Positions 1-9,530 are shown, counted from the stretch's first letter. The stretch is 64,000 nucleotides of DNA from Candidatus Saccharimonadota bacterium (GCA_025924835.1 JAICHO010000001.1:2553-66552), one strand, 5' to 3'. The notes: generated by a model not told the origin, from the sequence alone. A program made the numbers and translations.

Positions 1-2020
1 GATTGGCGACACGTTCCTCGCTCATTTCGCTGACATGCACCAGGCCGTCTTTGCCAGGCAGTATCTGTACGAACGCACCAAAATCCATAACTGTCATAAC
101 CGGTACGTTAGTATAGATTGTGCCGACTTCCGGTTCGGCCGTAATGTCACGGACCATCTTGATAGCGGCATCAATAGAGGTTTTGTCAGGACTGGCAATC
201 ATCACGGTGCCGTCATCTTTAATATCAATTTCGGCTCCCGTCTGGGCGATGATCTTGTTGATAGTTTCGCCGCCCTTGCCAATCACCTCGCGGATTTTAT
301 CGGGGTTGATCTGTATGGATTCTACGCGTGGCGCGTACGGGCTTAGCTCTGCCCGGGGGGCGGCAATCGTATCAACCATGTGTGACAAAATAAACATGCG
401 GCCGTCGCGGCTCTGTTCTAGTGCCTTTTGCAGTATCTCCACAGGCAGACCGTGGACTTTCATGTCCATCTGCAAGGCCGTTATACCCTCCGTCGTACCT
501 GTAACCTTAAAGTCCATGTCTCCGGCAAAGTCCTCGGCATCGGCAATGTCACTGAGTATGTACGGCTTATCACCGTCCAGCATTAGCCCCATGGCAATCC
601 CGGAAACGGGGCGCTTCAGCGGCACGCCGGCATCCATCAGTGCCATGCACGATGAACAGGTGGCGGCCATACTGGTGCTGCCGTTCTGGCTCATGATCTC
701 GGTTACGGAACGGATCATGTAGGGGAATTCAGCCTCGGTAGGCAGTACGGCGGTCAAAGCCCTCTCTGCCAGATAACCGTGGCCGATTTCACGACGCCCC
801 GGCGAGCCCAAGCGGCGAACTTCGCCAACGGTATAACCCGGTGCGTTGTAGTGATGCAGATACCGGCGCTCGCCTTCGCGCTCCATGGTATCAACCAGCT
901 GGACATAACTCAGCGGTGCCAAGGTTACTATATTCAATGCCTGGGTCACGCCGCGGGTAAACAAGGACGAACCATGCACACGGGGCAAGATGCCGACCTC
1001 ACTGGACAGCGGCCGGATTTCATCAAGCTTGCGGCCGTCAGGACGGATTTGGTCACTCACAATACCCTTGCGGACGTCTTTGTGTAGGGCCATGGTGAAG
1101 GCTTCGTCATAATCTGCCCGTTTAACCCCGTAGTCCTCCCCTATTTGCTCCGCAAATTCAGCGTGAAACTTGTCCCGCAAAACTTTAATTAGTTCATTAC
1201 GTTCAGGGTATGGGGTACGCAGGGCCTCCCCCAATTTACCGTCTACCCACTTTTCTACTTCAGACAGAATAGAGTCGTCTGGCAGTACTAGCTCGTATTC
1301 ATGCTTGGTCACACCGACTTTAGCGGCTAGTTCTTCTTGCAAGGCAATGGCGGGCTGCATGGCTTCAAAAGCGCTCTGCATAGCATCAGTAATCTGTTGT
1401 TCACTGACTTCGCTGGCACCAGCTTCTACCATCATAATGCCATCTTTGGTACCGGCCACCACTAAATCAAGCATACCCTTGTCTAGTTCCTCCGGCGAGG
1501 CAAATGCCTTGAATTTGCCGTCTGCCAACCCGACGCGAAGTCCAGCTACAGGACCGTCAAATGGCGCGCCAGTCAGCATAAAGGCAGCACTCATAGCAAT
1601 CATTGCCACCATGTCTGGCCGGAATCCAGGGTCCATGCTCAGTACCGTAGCCACGCCTTGCACTTCCTGCCGGTAGCCTTTGGGCCACAAGGGACGAATC
1701 GGGCGATCAATCAGGCGGCCGATCAAGATAGCGTCGTCAGATGGGCGGCCCTCGCGCTTAATAAACCGCGAGCCACTGACTTTGCCCGAAGCATACATTT
1801 TTTCTTCATAATCTATTGATAGCGGAAAATAATCCATGCCGCTAATCGAGCGGTCACTGACCATGGCCGTCCCAAGCACGACCGTGTCACCATAACGCAC
1901 CAGCACGGATGCCGAGGATCTAAAGCCGACCCGGCCTACTTCCAGGCTCAGTGTCCGGCCGCATAACTGCGTTTCTACTTTAATAATATCTTTGCCAAAG
2001 GGGTTAATGATCTGTCCCAT
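1..2020 (-). CDS. pnp: polynucleotide phosphorylase (PNPase), 3' (C-terminal) end runs off the window start
   Basis: Reverse-strand translation from ATG at 2018-2020 gives MGQIINPFGKD..., RNase PH-like domains, a KH motif IGKGGETINKI and an S1 domain near position 1. The six-frame plus ORFs here are antisense artefacts. Conserved rpsO-pnp synteny. Confidence 0.93.
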   Translation of the reverse strand, partial: MGQIINPFGKDIIKVETQLCGRTLSLEVGRVGFRSSASVLVRYGDTVVLGTAMVSDRSISGMDYFPLSIDYEEKMYASGKVSGSRFIKREGRPSDDAILIGRLIDRPIRPLWPKGYRQEVQGVATVLSMDPGFRPDMVAMIAMSAAFMLTGAPFDGPVAGLRVGLADGKFKAFASPEELDKGMLDLVVAGTKDGIMMVEAGASEVSEQQITDAMQSAFEAMQPAIALQEELAAKVGVTKHEYELVLPDDSILSEVEKWVDGKLGEALRTPYPERNELIKVLRDKFHAEFAEQIGEDYGVKRADYDEAFTMALHKDVRKGIVSDQIRPDGRKLDEIRPLSSEVGILPRVHGSSLFTRGVTQALNIVTLAPLSYVQLVDTMEREGERRYLHHYNAPGYTVGEVRRLGSPGRREIGHGYLAERALTAVLPTEAEFPYMIRSVTEIMSQNGSTSMAATCSSCMALMDAGVPLKRPVSGIAMGLMLDGDKPYILSDIADAEDFAGDMDFKVTGTTEGITALQMDMKVHGLPVEILQKALEQSRDGRMFILSHMVDTIAAPRAELSPYAPRVESIQINPDKIREVIGKGGETINKIIAQTGAEIDIKDDGTVMIASPDKTSIDAAIKMVRDITAEPEVGTIYTNVPVMTVMDFGAFVQILPGKDGLVHVSEMSEERVAN

Positions 2021-2181
2021 TTATGCCTTTCTATGAGTGGTCCTTGCTTGCAGGGTGCAAATATACTGTTGCCCTTGTGCTGCATAACGTGGCACGTGTA
2101 TATCTGGTCTCCGCAAACAAAGATGGTTATTTAATGTGCACAAGTTTATCCCGATGAGCTCGGGACTATAATCTGTACAAA

Positions 2182-2448
2182 TTACTTTCTAAGACCAAGC
2201 TTTTCTATAAGTGATAGGTAAGCTTTGCCATCCTGCTCGGCCAAGTACTTCAGCAGACGTTTGCGCTTGCCTACAGCCTGCAGTAAGCCGCGGCGAGCCA
2301 TAAAATCATGCTTGTTTAGCTTTAAATGCGCCGTCAGTTCCTTGATGCGCTCCGTAAGTATCCCTACCTGTACGGCTGGACTGCCTGTATCTTTTTTGTC
2401 TCTCTGTAAGTCAGCAACAATCTTGCTTTTCTTTTCGGTTGAAATCAT
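2182..2448 (-). CDS. rpsO: 30S ribosomal protein S15
   Basis: 88 aa with typical S15 sequence (LTERIKELTAHLK..., GLLKMVGKRRRLL-like); lies immediately upstream of pnp as in most bacteria. Confidence 0.95.
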   Translation of the reverse strand: MISTEKKSKIVADLQRDKKDTGSPAVQVGILTERIKELTAHLKLNKHDFMARRGLLQAVGKRKRLLKYLAEQDGKAYLSLIEKLGLRK

Positions 2449-2579
2449 CTATTTCCAATCTGTTAGGTAATAAGAGTTTGTGATGGCGTTACGCCTATAT
2501 TATCACAGCCGCCCCTGTTAGGCAAGTATTAATTTAGCTAGACAACTTCCAGCACGTGTTAGCTGACGAGGATTAAAGA

Positions 2580-3023
2580 TTATTCCGTCCATACTATGAA
2601 AGGGTGCAACGGCTTAAGCAGCCCGACTATATCCCTCAGGGGTGGTTCATACTCTGGCTTGAAACCGGGGCTTGTACTCTGCACAACTAAATGTGCACCT
2701 GGGCCGTCATTTTCATACCAATATAAGCTGCCGACCGGAATGCTACTTTTTTCGCCCACTACCAGCCTGCGTTCATGACGTACACCTTCGGCCAAGTCTA
2801 CCGCTATAAGCCTGCCCAGCCCGTCTAATATCCTGTCATTAAAAGGTTCGCCGGTTATAAGCACGCACGGTTCAGTCGCCGACCGGACGGTCATCAGGAC
2901 ACGGTCGTCCGGACCAAGACCAGGCCCAGCCACGGGGATCATGTCAAAATCTACGTTATCATGCTGAAAAGTCTCCGGCTTGCCAGCGGTTTCGTCTTTA
3001 CCTAAAAATTCCTCATAAGACAT
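2580..3023 (-). CDS. hypothetical protein (147 aa)
   Basis: Intact ORF between the ABC-F gene and rpsO with no competing ORF; no motif recognised. Confidence 0.5.
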   Translation of the reverse strand: MSYEEFLGKDETAGKPETFQHDNVDFDMIPVAGPGLGPDDRVLMTVRSATEPCVLITGEPFNDRILDGLGRLIAVDLAEGVRHERRLVVGEKSSIPVGSLYWYENDGPGAHLVVQSTSPGFKPEYEPPLRDIVGLLKPLHPFIVWTE

Positions 3024-3046
3024 GACAGTACTATATTATATCACTA

Positions 3047-4726
3047 TTACTGCGTATTAGCAATACCCGAGAGGCCGATTTGGACTGTTTCGCCGCCAAG
3101 GTTGCGCACAAAGTAACTGTCATGAGAGATATAGAGAATGGCGCCGTGGTACTGCCTCAGGGCATCCTCCAGCTCCTCAATACTAGGCAAATCAAGATGA
3201 TTGGTCGGCTCGTCCAGGATAAGCATATGCGGGTCGTTAGCTAACATCTGGATAAGCTGGAACCGAGCTTTTTGGCCGCCGCTGAGACGGGATATCGGCA
3301 TCTCCCCATCCGTAGCCGGGTTAAACAAATAGTCGCCTAGGAACTGCTTGATCTTTTGCTCATTGATAATCAGCCCACTGTCACGGCAAGCCTGTTCGAT
3401 GGCATCGTGCAGGCTCATATCCAGATACTTTGAGTCAATTTCTTGTTCGTACACACCGATACTAATAGCCGGTTCGATGGCTATGTGTCCACCGTATTGC
3501 TCAGACGCTGTTTTTGAATCTGTCGCTTTGGCTAATATAGCCTTAACCAGTGTTGATTTGCCAGCTCCGTTACGGCCGTGTAGACGCAGGCGTTCGCCTT
3601 CACGCAAACTAAAACTCACATCCTTAAAAAGCGGCTGGCCTCCGTAACCCAAGCTTATGTTGCTGACCTCCATCAGTAATCTGTCCGATTTGGTGTCCTG
3701 GCTTCGTGTCCGGACTTTGATGTTGCGCGATTTATGCTCTTGGTAGGCGCTGCTCATTTTGGTGTTCAGACCAGTCACTGACTCGCGGTCAATCCAGAAC
3801 GACGGCTTATCTTTGCCCTGCAGTACATTCAACTCCGTTTCGGCCTTGGTTTGGAGAGATTTGAAACGCTGGATCGTGCCAGGATCACGTGAGCGTTCCT
3901 TGAGCCGGCGGAAACGGATGACTTCTTCTTTGAGATTAGAGATACGGCGCTGGGTGATTTCGTATTCGTTAACCGCCGAAACGACTTTGTTGGCATTGAT
4001 ACGCAAATAATCATCGTAGTTGCCCGGAAAGTTAAACACCTGCCCATCACGAATTTCCACAACTAAATCTACTGCCCGTAACACATCCCGGTCATGAGTA
4101 ATAACAACGACTGCGTCTTTGGTCGTATTGAACCAATCCAGAAATACTTCTTTGGCGGCATAGTCCATATGGTTAGTCGGCTCATCAATCAGGGCCAGAT
4201 CAGCCCGGGCATGCTGAACCTTGACCAGCTCAATGAATCGTTTCTGGCCGCCGGATAGGTTGCCCAATGTACCGTTAATCTGTTCCTGGTTTAATTGGTA
4301 AGCCAGCAAGCTGCGAACTATTTCTTCTTCAACCATGAAATAACCGAGCACGTTAAAGCGTTCCAGTGCCTCGCTGTATTCATGCAATTTTTTCATATTG
4401 CTGCCCATTGTTTCCGGATAGGTATCCAAAATGTGTTTGAGCTTGGCATACTCCGGCAGGTCATCCAAAATATAGGCGAGTACGGGCAGTTGTTCATACC
4501 CATGAAGCTCCTGGCGCGAATTAATTACTATAAGGTTTTTCTTAAACTCAATTTCGCCAGCATAGTCCTTGTCTTCCCCGGTCAATATATGGAATAAGGT
4601 CGTCTTGCCGCTGCCATTGCGTCCAATTAGACCAACTTTTTCATGGGCGCGAAGCTGAAACGACAAATTCCGGTAGAGAATTTTGTCGCCAAACGATTTT
4701 TCGGTAACCGAGATACTGGCAATCAT
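3047..4726 (-). CDS. ABC-F family ATPase (EttA/Uup-like translation factor), two tandem ABC domains and no TM domain
   Basis: Two Walker A motifs (GRNGSGKTTL and GRNGAGKSTL), two signature motifs (LSGGQKRF and LSGGQKARF), and a charged linker between the domains. Confidence 0.9.
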   Translation of the reverse strand: MIASISVTEKSFGDKILYRNLSFQLRAHEKVGLIGRNGSGKTTLFHILTGEDKDYAGEIEFKKNLIVINSRQELHGYEQLPVLAYILDDLPEYAKLKHILDTYPETMGSNMKKLHEYSEALERFNVLGYFMVEEEIVRSLLAYQLNQEQINGTLGNLSGGQKRFIELVKVQHARADLALIDEPTNHMDYAAKEVFLDWFNTTKDAVVVITHDRDVLRAVDLVVEIRDGQVFNFPGNYDDYLRINANKVVSAVNEYEITQRRISNLKEEVIRFRRLKERSRDPGTIQRFKSLQTKAETELNVLQGKDKPSFWIDRESVTGLNTKMSSAYQEHKSRNIKVRTRSQDTKSDRLLMEVSNISLGYGGQPLFKDVSFSLREGERLRLHGRNGAGKSTLVKAILAKATDSKTASEQYGGHIAIEPAISIGVYEQEIDSKYLDMSLHDAIEQACRDSGLIINEQKIKQFLGDYLFNPATDGEMPISRLSGGQKARFQLIQMLANDPHMLILDEPTNHLDLPSIEELEDALRQYHGAILYISHDSYFVRNLGGETVQIGLSGIANTQ

Positions 4727-4740
4727 AGCGTCCTGCTAGT

Positions 4741-5424
4741 CTACCGTGTCCGCAGACCGGCCACAATGCGATCGACTGTCAGGCCATCCATATTGAGAGC
4801 ATCTTTAACGTCCCAGCTGGCAACACTCACGCGGCGGAGTCCGGACATATAAGCGCCCGTTCCTAGACACGTGCCGATGTCTTCTGCTAATGTCCGGATA
4901 TAGGTACCGGATGAGACACGAGCGGTAAATTTAATATCAGGATAGGTGTAGGACGTTAACTGCAAGTCGTAAATTGTTACTTGCCTGGGTTCAATATGCA
5001 CTTCTTTACCTGCCCGTGCCAGTTTATAGGCGCGTTGTCCGTTTACCTTAATCGCCGAGTACGCCGGCGGTATTTGCATGATTTTACCCGTAAACTGCGC
5101 TAAGGCTGATTGTATGGCCTCGGCGATGGGTTGAATATCTGAAATTGATTTTTTGTCGCCCTCGTCATCACCGGTCGTGCTGGTTTGGCCCAAACGCATG
5201 GTCACCTCATAGGTTTTATCGGCTTTACTAAATTCATGTGCCCGTTTGCAATAATCGCCCAGCACTAACACCAAAAGCCCCGTAGCCAGCGGATCCAGCG
5301 TGCCGGTATGCCCCACTTTAGGCTTTTTTATACCCGCTTCGTGTTTAATAATGCCTCTTACCTTGGCTACCACGTCAAAACTGCTCCAGCCAGAGGGCTT
5401 ATCTATCAGTAAAATACCGTCCAT
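4741..5424 (-). CDS. truB: tRNA pseudouridine(55) synthase TruB
   Basis: MDGILLIDKPSGWSSFDVV...HTGTLDPLATGLL catalytic Asp motif. Start chosen at MDGILL (5424) rather than the ORF-track start 5490, which would overlap the upstream gene. Confidence 0.88.
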   Translation of the reverse strand: MDGILLIDKPSGWSSFDVVAKVRGIIKHEAGIKKPKVGHTGTLDPLATGLLVLVLGDYCKRAHEFSKADKTYEVTMRLGQTSTTGDDEGDKKSISDIQPIAEAIQSALAQFTGKIMQIPPAYSAIKVNGQRAYKLARAGKEVHIEPRQVTIYDLQLTSYTYPDIKFTARVSSGTYIRTLAEDIGTCLGTGAYMSGLRRVSVASWDVKDALNMDGLTVDRIVAGLRTR

Positions 5425-5428
5425 AGTT

Positions 5429-6013
5429 TTAGTATAGGCCAAGGGCTTGCCGGAAGGCGGGATCGGCAGGATCACCCATGAGACCGGCAATGCGGCCTAG
5501 CGGAAAGGTCCGTAGCCCTTGCGGTTCGCCGGCAGCAGTAAATTGCTCGCCGGCAATATAAAATCCCGGATTTTCCGGAGCAATTCCTTCTTCGGGTTTG
5601 CCCATGTGGCCCTCGTGCACCCCATAATATATATCCTTAGGCTTAAACAACCGCTCGACCGCTTCTACACCGAGGCCCTGTTTGTCATAATGAATGCCTG
5701 CTACTAATCCGGCCACAGGAATTTCCGTGACGCGAACTCCCGCTAAAAATGCCACGTCTACTGTGGTCGCAAATGACCGAGACCCATAATCACCGGCGTA
5801 GCCGACAACTCTTAAAAGCAACCTCCCTGCCTCCTCATTTACGCCTAACGGCTTTAGGGGCACCGGATGGACAAACCGATTAGGGTTGGCGCCACTGCGC
5901 AGGCGGATGGGTTGGCCAAGAAGCGAAATATTAACTTCTGTAATGCGCGTATACTCAGACTGAATTAACTCACTGTCTGTCGCAGCTTCAGGGAACCCAC
6001 TAGATGTAACCAT
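5429..6013 (-). CDS. hypothetical Gly-rich protein (194 aa), no Cys
   Basis: ORF tightly packed between the DHH-like gene and truB (5-nt gap to truB); no recognisable motif. Confidence 0.5.
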   Translation of the reverse strand: MVTSSGFPEAATDSELIQSEYTRITEVNISLLGQPIRLRSGANPNRFVHPVPLKPLGVNEEAGRLLLRVVGYAGDYGSRSFATTVDVAFLAGVRVTEIPVAGLVAGIHYDKQGLGVEAVERLFKPKDIYYGVHEGHMGKPEEGIAPENPGFYIAGEQFTAAGEPQGLRTFPLGRIAGLMGDPADPAFRQALGLY

Positions 6014-6059
6014 ATGCTTATTCTAACATACTTACGCCGTTTTTACAAATTACGGCGCG

Positions 6060-7982
6060 CTACATTATGGTGGGGTCGTCACTGCCGGCAGGTGGTGCCA
6101 TAGGCGGCATCATGGGCGGCGGTACGGGTGGCGGTGCCGTAGGATCACTGACCGAGCCCGATAACTGCGCGCTGTCTTCTTGATCCTGTGTTGATGTTGG
6201 TACTACTACTGTGGGCGGCAAACCACGCCCAGACGGTACGACACTGTCAACTGCCGGAACTGTTGGGATCGGTGGTGGTAGAGGTAACGAACTATCGGCG
6301 AAAGCCGAGGCGGGAGATGTGTTAACGGCTGGGATATCACCGAGGTTTAAATCCATAGGTTGGGCGTTTAGGGATTGCACCGGCTCTAGAATTTGGGGGG
6401 TGGTAGCACTCATGGCTTGCGATACGGCATCACGGGCCGCATCCACATCAGTATCTGTGGGTATTGGCGGCTGAGGTTCGCTTGTTACCGGCTCTGTTAC
6501 TTCCATGGGCGCGCTAGATATAGATTTTTCTAAATCAGCCAGCGTCTGGGGAGCGGATTCGGTCGCAGGAAGAGTTGGTAAGGGTGGCACCGCATCGGAA
6601 GAAGACTGACCTGAATCTGCCGGAGCTGGAGCCATATCGTCAGGAGCGCTTGAAGGCTCAGGATTAAAGTCACTCAATGGCAAGGCAGGTAACGTAGCTG
6701 CTTCTGTTTCATCATCTGATGATTCAATGGCAGGAGTAGGCTCGGTCACATCTACCTGCGTTGTAGCCGCGGCGTCCTTGTCGTGGCTTAGTAGCGGTCC
6801 CCCGTTATTCAGGGGTCCCAAAATATCCGTAGCTGGTTCCAGGCTTTCGGGGTTACTGTTGGCAGTTAGAGTCCCGCCCAATGTAGGTGGCTCAAGGATA
6901 AAGCCCGAATTACCGGATTCCGGGCTTGGAGAGATTTCCTCAGTCGGTTCAGGGATTTCGGGCAACGCTGCTTCTTCCGGTTTATCACTGGGGTGAAGCC
7001 TCCCCTCGTCGTCAATGTGAATTTGCTCGGGTGGCGGAGCTGGCTCATCTTCGGCAGGAGCCTCATCCTCAACCTCAGAATGGAGCCCAAGATCTTTTAG
7101 TTGTTCGTGGTCTATTTGCAAGGTACCGGCCGGCGATTCAGCGACTGGAGGCGGCATAGGGTCACCTTCCTGGTGTTGGTCAATCTGAGGCAACTCCAGA
7201 GCTTCGTCTTCCGCCGGAACCGGAGCCGATACCGACGTAGCGGGTGGCTGCAATTGGCTGGCAACGAGTTGCTGGTTAGCTCCGGCTGACATAAGTTTGG
7301 CACTAACCTGCATTGTTTCAGAACTTGTTTTTTCGTTACTAAACCGGTTGGTTTCAGCTACGATACCGGTCAATAGCGCAGTAGACATCTGGTTATCCAG
7401 GACATCAGCCTTGATCGCCAAGCCAAGTTGCGTGAGCATTTCGCATAAACTGCTCGCCGCCTGGTCAGTCCAGTTGATACTGCCTAGCGACACATCACCC
7501 TGATTACTCATACCTATCACCGTTGCATCATGTAGAATACGTCCATGAGCCGTAATTGCCTGATCTAAATCTTCCTGTTTTTGGACGCCCAGCGCCATAA
7601 CGACATCTACATTAAAATCACCTTGGCTGAATTCCAGGTCTTTATCGCTTATTGAGGTCATGTACGGTGTAATAAAAATCTTGACCATCTGGTCTTCGAC
7701 CTTATAGCGAAGCTTGTCAGCCTTGGATTTGTCCAAAGCAATAATAAAATCACGGAGTGAGTTGGGGCTTTTTTCTAATGTTTTTTCCGGTTGCAAGAAC
7801 TGGATGGTGCTAGGAACGGCGCCACTAAAGACGGCAGTAGCATGTTTGCCCAGTTTATTAAGAAGCAGCGTTAAGCCGATAGCACCAGCTAACTGATCCA
7901 CAGACGGATTGGTGCTTACCGTTACCAATATATTTGTCGCCTGGTTAAGACGATCAGCAATCTGATTTTTTTGAGTATCCAT
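6060..7982 (-). CDS. NrnA-like DHH-family domain protein with degenerate catalytic motifs fused to a ~400-aa low-complexity Pro/Glu/Ser/Thr-rich tail; no DHHA1 domain
   Basis: N-terminal 240 aa align to the NrnA/DHH fold (LVTVSTNPSVDQLAGAIGL vs the canonical HxxPDGDAxGS; TALLTGIVAETNRFS helix), but the DHH triad is not conserved. The C-terminus is intrinsically disordered and ends PPPVPPPMMPPMAPP. Confidence 0.7.
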   Translation of the reverse strand: MDTQKNQIADRLNQATNILVTVSTNPSVDQLAGAIGLTLLLNKLGKHATAVFSGAVPSTIQFLQPEKTLEKSPNSLRDFIIALDKSKADKLRYKVEDQMVKIFITPYMTSISDKDLEFSQGDFNVDVVMALGVQKQEDLDQAITAHGRILHDATVIGMSNQGDVSLGSINWTDQAASSLCEMLTQLGLAIKADVLDNQMSTALLTGIVAETNRFSNEKTSSETMQVSAKLMSAGANQQLVASQLQPPATSVSAPVPAEDEALELPQIDQHQEGDPMPPPVAESPAGTLQIDHEQLKDLGLHSEVEDEAPAEDEPAPPPEQIHIDDEGRLHPSDKPEEAALPEIPEPTEEISPSPESGNSGFILEPPTLGGTLTANSNPESLEPATDILGPLNNGGPLLSHDKDAAATTQVDVTEPTPAIESSDDETEAATLPALPLSDFNPEPSSAPDDMAPAPADSGQSSSDAVPPLPTLPATESAPQTLADLEKSISSAPMEVTEPVTSEPQPPIPTDTDVDAARDAVSQAMSATTPQILEPVQSLNAQPMDLNLGDIPAVNTSPASAFADSSLPLPPPIPTVPAVDSVVPSGRGLPPTVVVPTSTQDQEDSAQLSGSVSDPTAPPPVPPPMMPPMAPPAGSDDPTIM

Positions 7983-8122
7983 TTTTATTTTTTGATCCTA
8001 CGCAGGGCAGATTAGCATAAACGGCAAGCCTTGTCCACTGTTAAAGTGCTTATTCCTTTACAACCAAAGCCTAACAGGGTATATTCAGAGACGATAACCA
8101 TTAAACATAAGCAGGATAAAAT

Positions 8123-8533
8123 ATGCCAATTATCAAATCAGCCAAAAAACGCGTACGGGTTGCCCGTAAGGCGACCGTCCGTAATGTCAAAACAAAGCGT
8201 GGCCTGAAGGTAGCGCTAAAAGCCTTCCACGCAAGCCTCACCAGTGGTAAAAAAACAGCTGCAGCCCACTCAAAAGCTCAAAGCCGTCTGGACAAAGCCG
8301 GTAAAAAAGGCGTTCTACACAAAAACAAAGTAGCCCGCAAAAAGAGCCAATTATCTGTTAAGGCAAAAGCCGCAGCCGGTGTTACCAAGCCCAAAGGCGC
8401 CAAAAAAGCCGTTACTAAAAAGCCAGCTGTCAAAAAAGCTGCCCCTAAAAAGGTCGTAGCCAAGAAAACCGTGGCTAAAAAACCGACTGCCAAAAAGTCC
8501 CCTGCCAAGAAAACAACAGCCAAGAAAAAATAG
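8123..8533 (+). CDS. rpsT: 30S ribosomal protein S20 with a Lys/Ala-rich C-terminal extension
   Basis: MPIIKSAKKRVRVARKA...VLHKNKVARKKSQL matches S20, followed by ~50 aa of AKK/PKK repeats; AGGA SD upstream. Confidence 0.9.
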   Translation: MPIIKSAKKRVRVARKATVRNVKTKRGLKVALKAFHASLTSGKKTAAAHSKAQSRLDKAGKKGVLHKNKVARKKSQLSVKAKAAAGVTKPKGAKKAVTKKPAVKKAAPKKVVAKKTVAKKPTAKKSPAKKTTAKKK

Positions 8534-8547
8534 CCTCTATCTGCTTG

Positions 8548-9471
8548 CTAACCCCGACAGATGGTTAGAATATAGGCCTGTAAGGCGTCGTCGGCGTCAG
8601 TAGAGGTAGTCTTAATATGTAGGTCTAAGTCCAGAAGCTGGCTTATTAATTGCGTGACTCGCGATAAGGCTAGTTCGCGGGCTATGTGCCGACTTTTACG
8701 GACCACGAATGGGCTAAGCTTGGCTTCTTTGGCAATTTCAGCGTCACTACGCTGCCCAGCACTAACAATTAAAGCTACGACGTGTAGCTGCCAGGCTAGC
8801 ATACCAATGATAGCCAGCGGCTCAGTCTTACCTGCCCGCTGCTCCTGATAGATTTTAAGAGCCTTTTTAGCATTACCGGCAAAGGCTGCGTCCAAAAGCT
8901 GAAAAATAGTGCTTTGGGGCGTCGGCTCCGTTAACAAATCTATGCTTGTACGGTTAATCTTGGGGCTGTAGGTCAAAAGTTTGGCTAGCTCACTGCTCAG
9001 TAATTGCTGGTTTAGCCCGAGCCGCTCAATAAGATACCCGGCGTCAGGCCGTCCCAATACGCCACCCTGGTTTTTAGCTTGCTCAGTCAGCCATTGTATT
9101 AAGCTGGCCTCGTCCGGTTAGTTAAACTCTTTATAGTCGGTGTTTTTTTGCAAATACTTATAGTAAACAGACCGTTTATCGAGTTTTGGCTCATGAATAA
9201 TAAGGTCGGTCGTTTCGGGCAGATTAGCCAGGAGCTGTTCGACATGAGCGACAAACTCTTTATTGACCCCTGGGTTCCTAAGTACTACCAGCTTTTTGCT
9301 GGCCAGAAACGGCAAGCTTTCTAACGCTTCCCGCATTTGATCATACTCAGCTTCTTCCCCATCAAAGCGCTGCAAACCCATATCGGTGTATTGCGTCACA
9401 AAGTCTTTAACCAGCCGGCTCAGTTCAGCTTGAACAAGAAAATGATTACTTCCCGTCAGCGTGGTTATCAT
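8548..9471 (-). pseudogene. holA: DNA polymerase III delta subunit (HolA) interrupted by a single in-frame TAA at 9118-9120 (N-terminal ORF 9118-9471, C-terminal ORF 8548-9057, same frame)
   Basis: The two ORF-track products are the N- and C-terminal parts of delta. Translation across the gap is continuous (...KEFN*PDEASLIQWLTEQAKNQGGVLGRPDAGYL...) with both ORFs in the same frame. Confidence 0.7.
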
Positions 9472-9530
9472 AAGGATTGCCCGTTCATAGATTATTCATT
9501 GTACATTGGCGCTTCATCGTTGAACATTCA

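Noticed and set aside
35-1676. Plus-strand ORFs (35-346, 120-722, 779-1087, 1170-1676) inside the pnp region
   Set aside because: They are antisense to a clearly recognisable PNPase reading frame (KH and S1 motifs, MGQIINP start at 2020) and have low-complexity Ser/Ala-rich translations typical of antisense artefacts.
6211-7503. Several 60-90 aa ORFs on both strands inside the 6060-7982 gene
   Set aside because: They fall within the low-complexity, GC-rich tail-coding region, where long alternative-frame ORFs arise by chance.
8400-8523. Tandem short DNA repeats (gccaagaaaa-like)
   Set aside because: They are coding repeats of the S20 Lys/Ala tail. They are not a CRISPR array (no uniform repeat/spacer structure) and not a mobile element.
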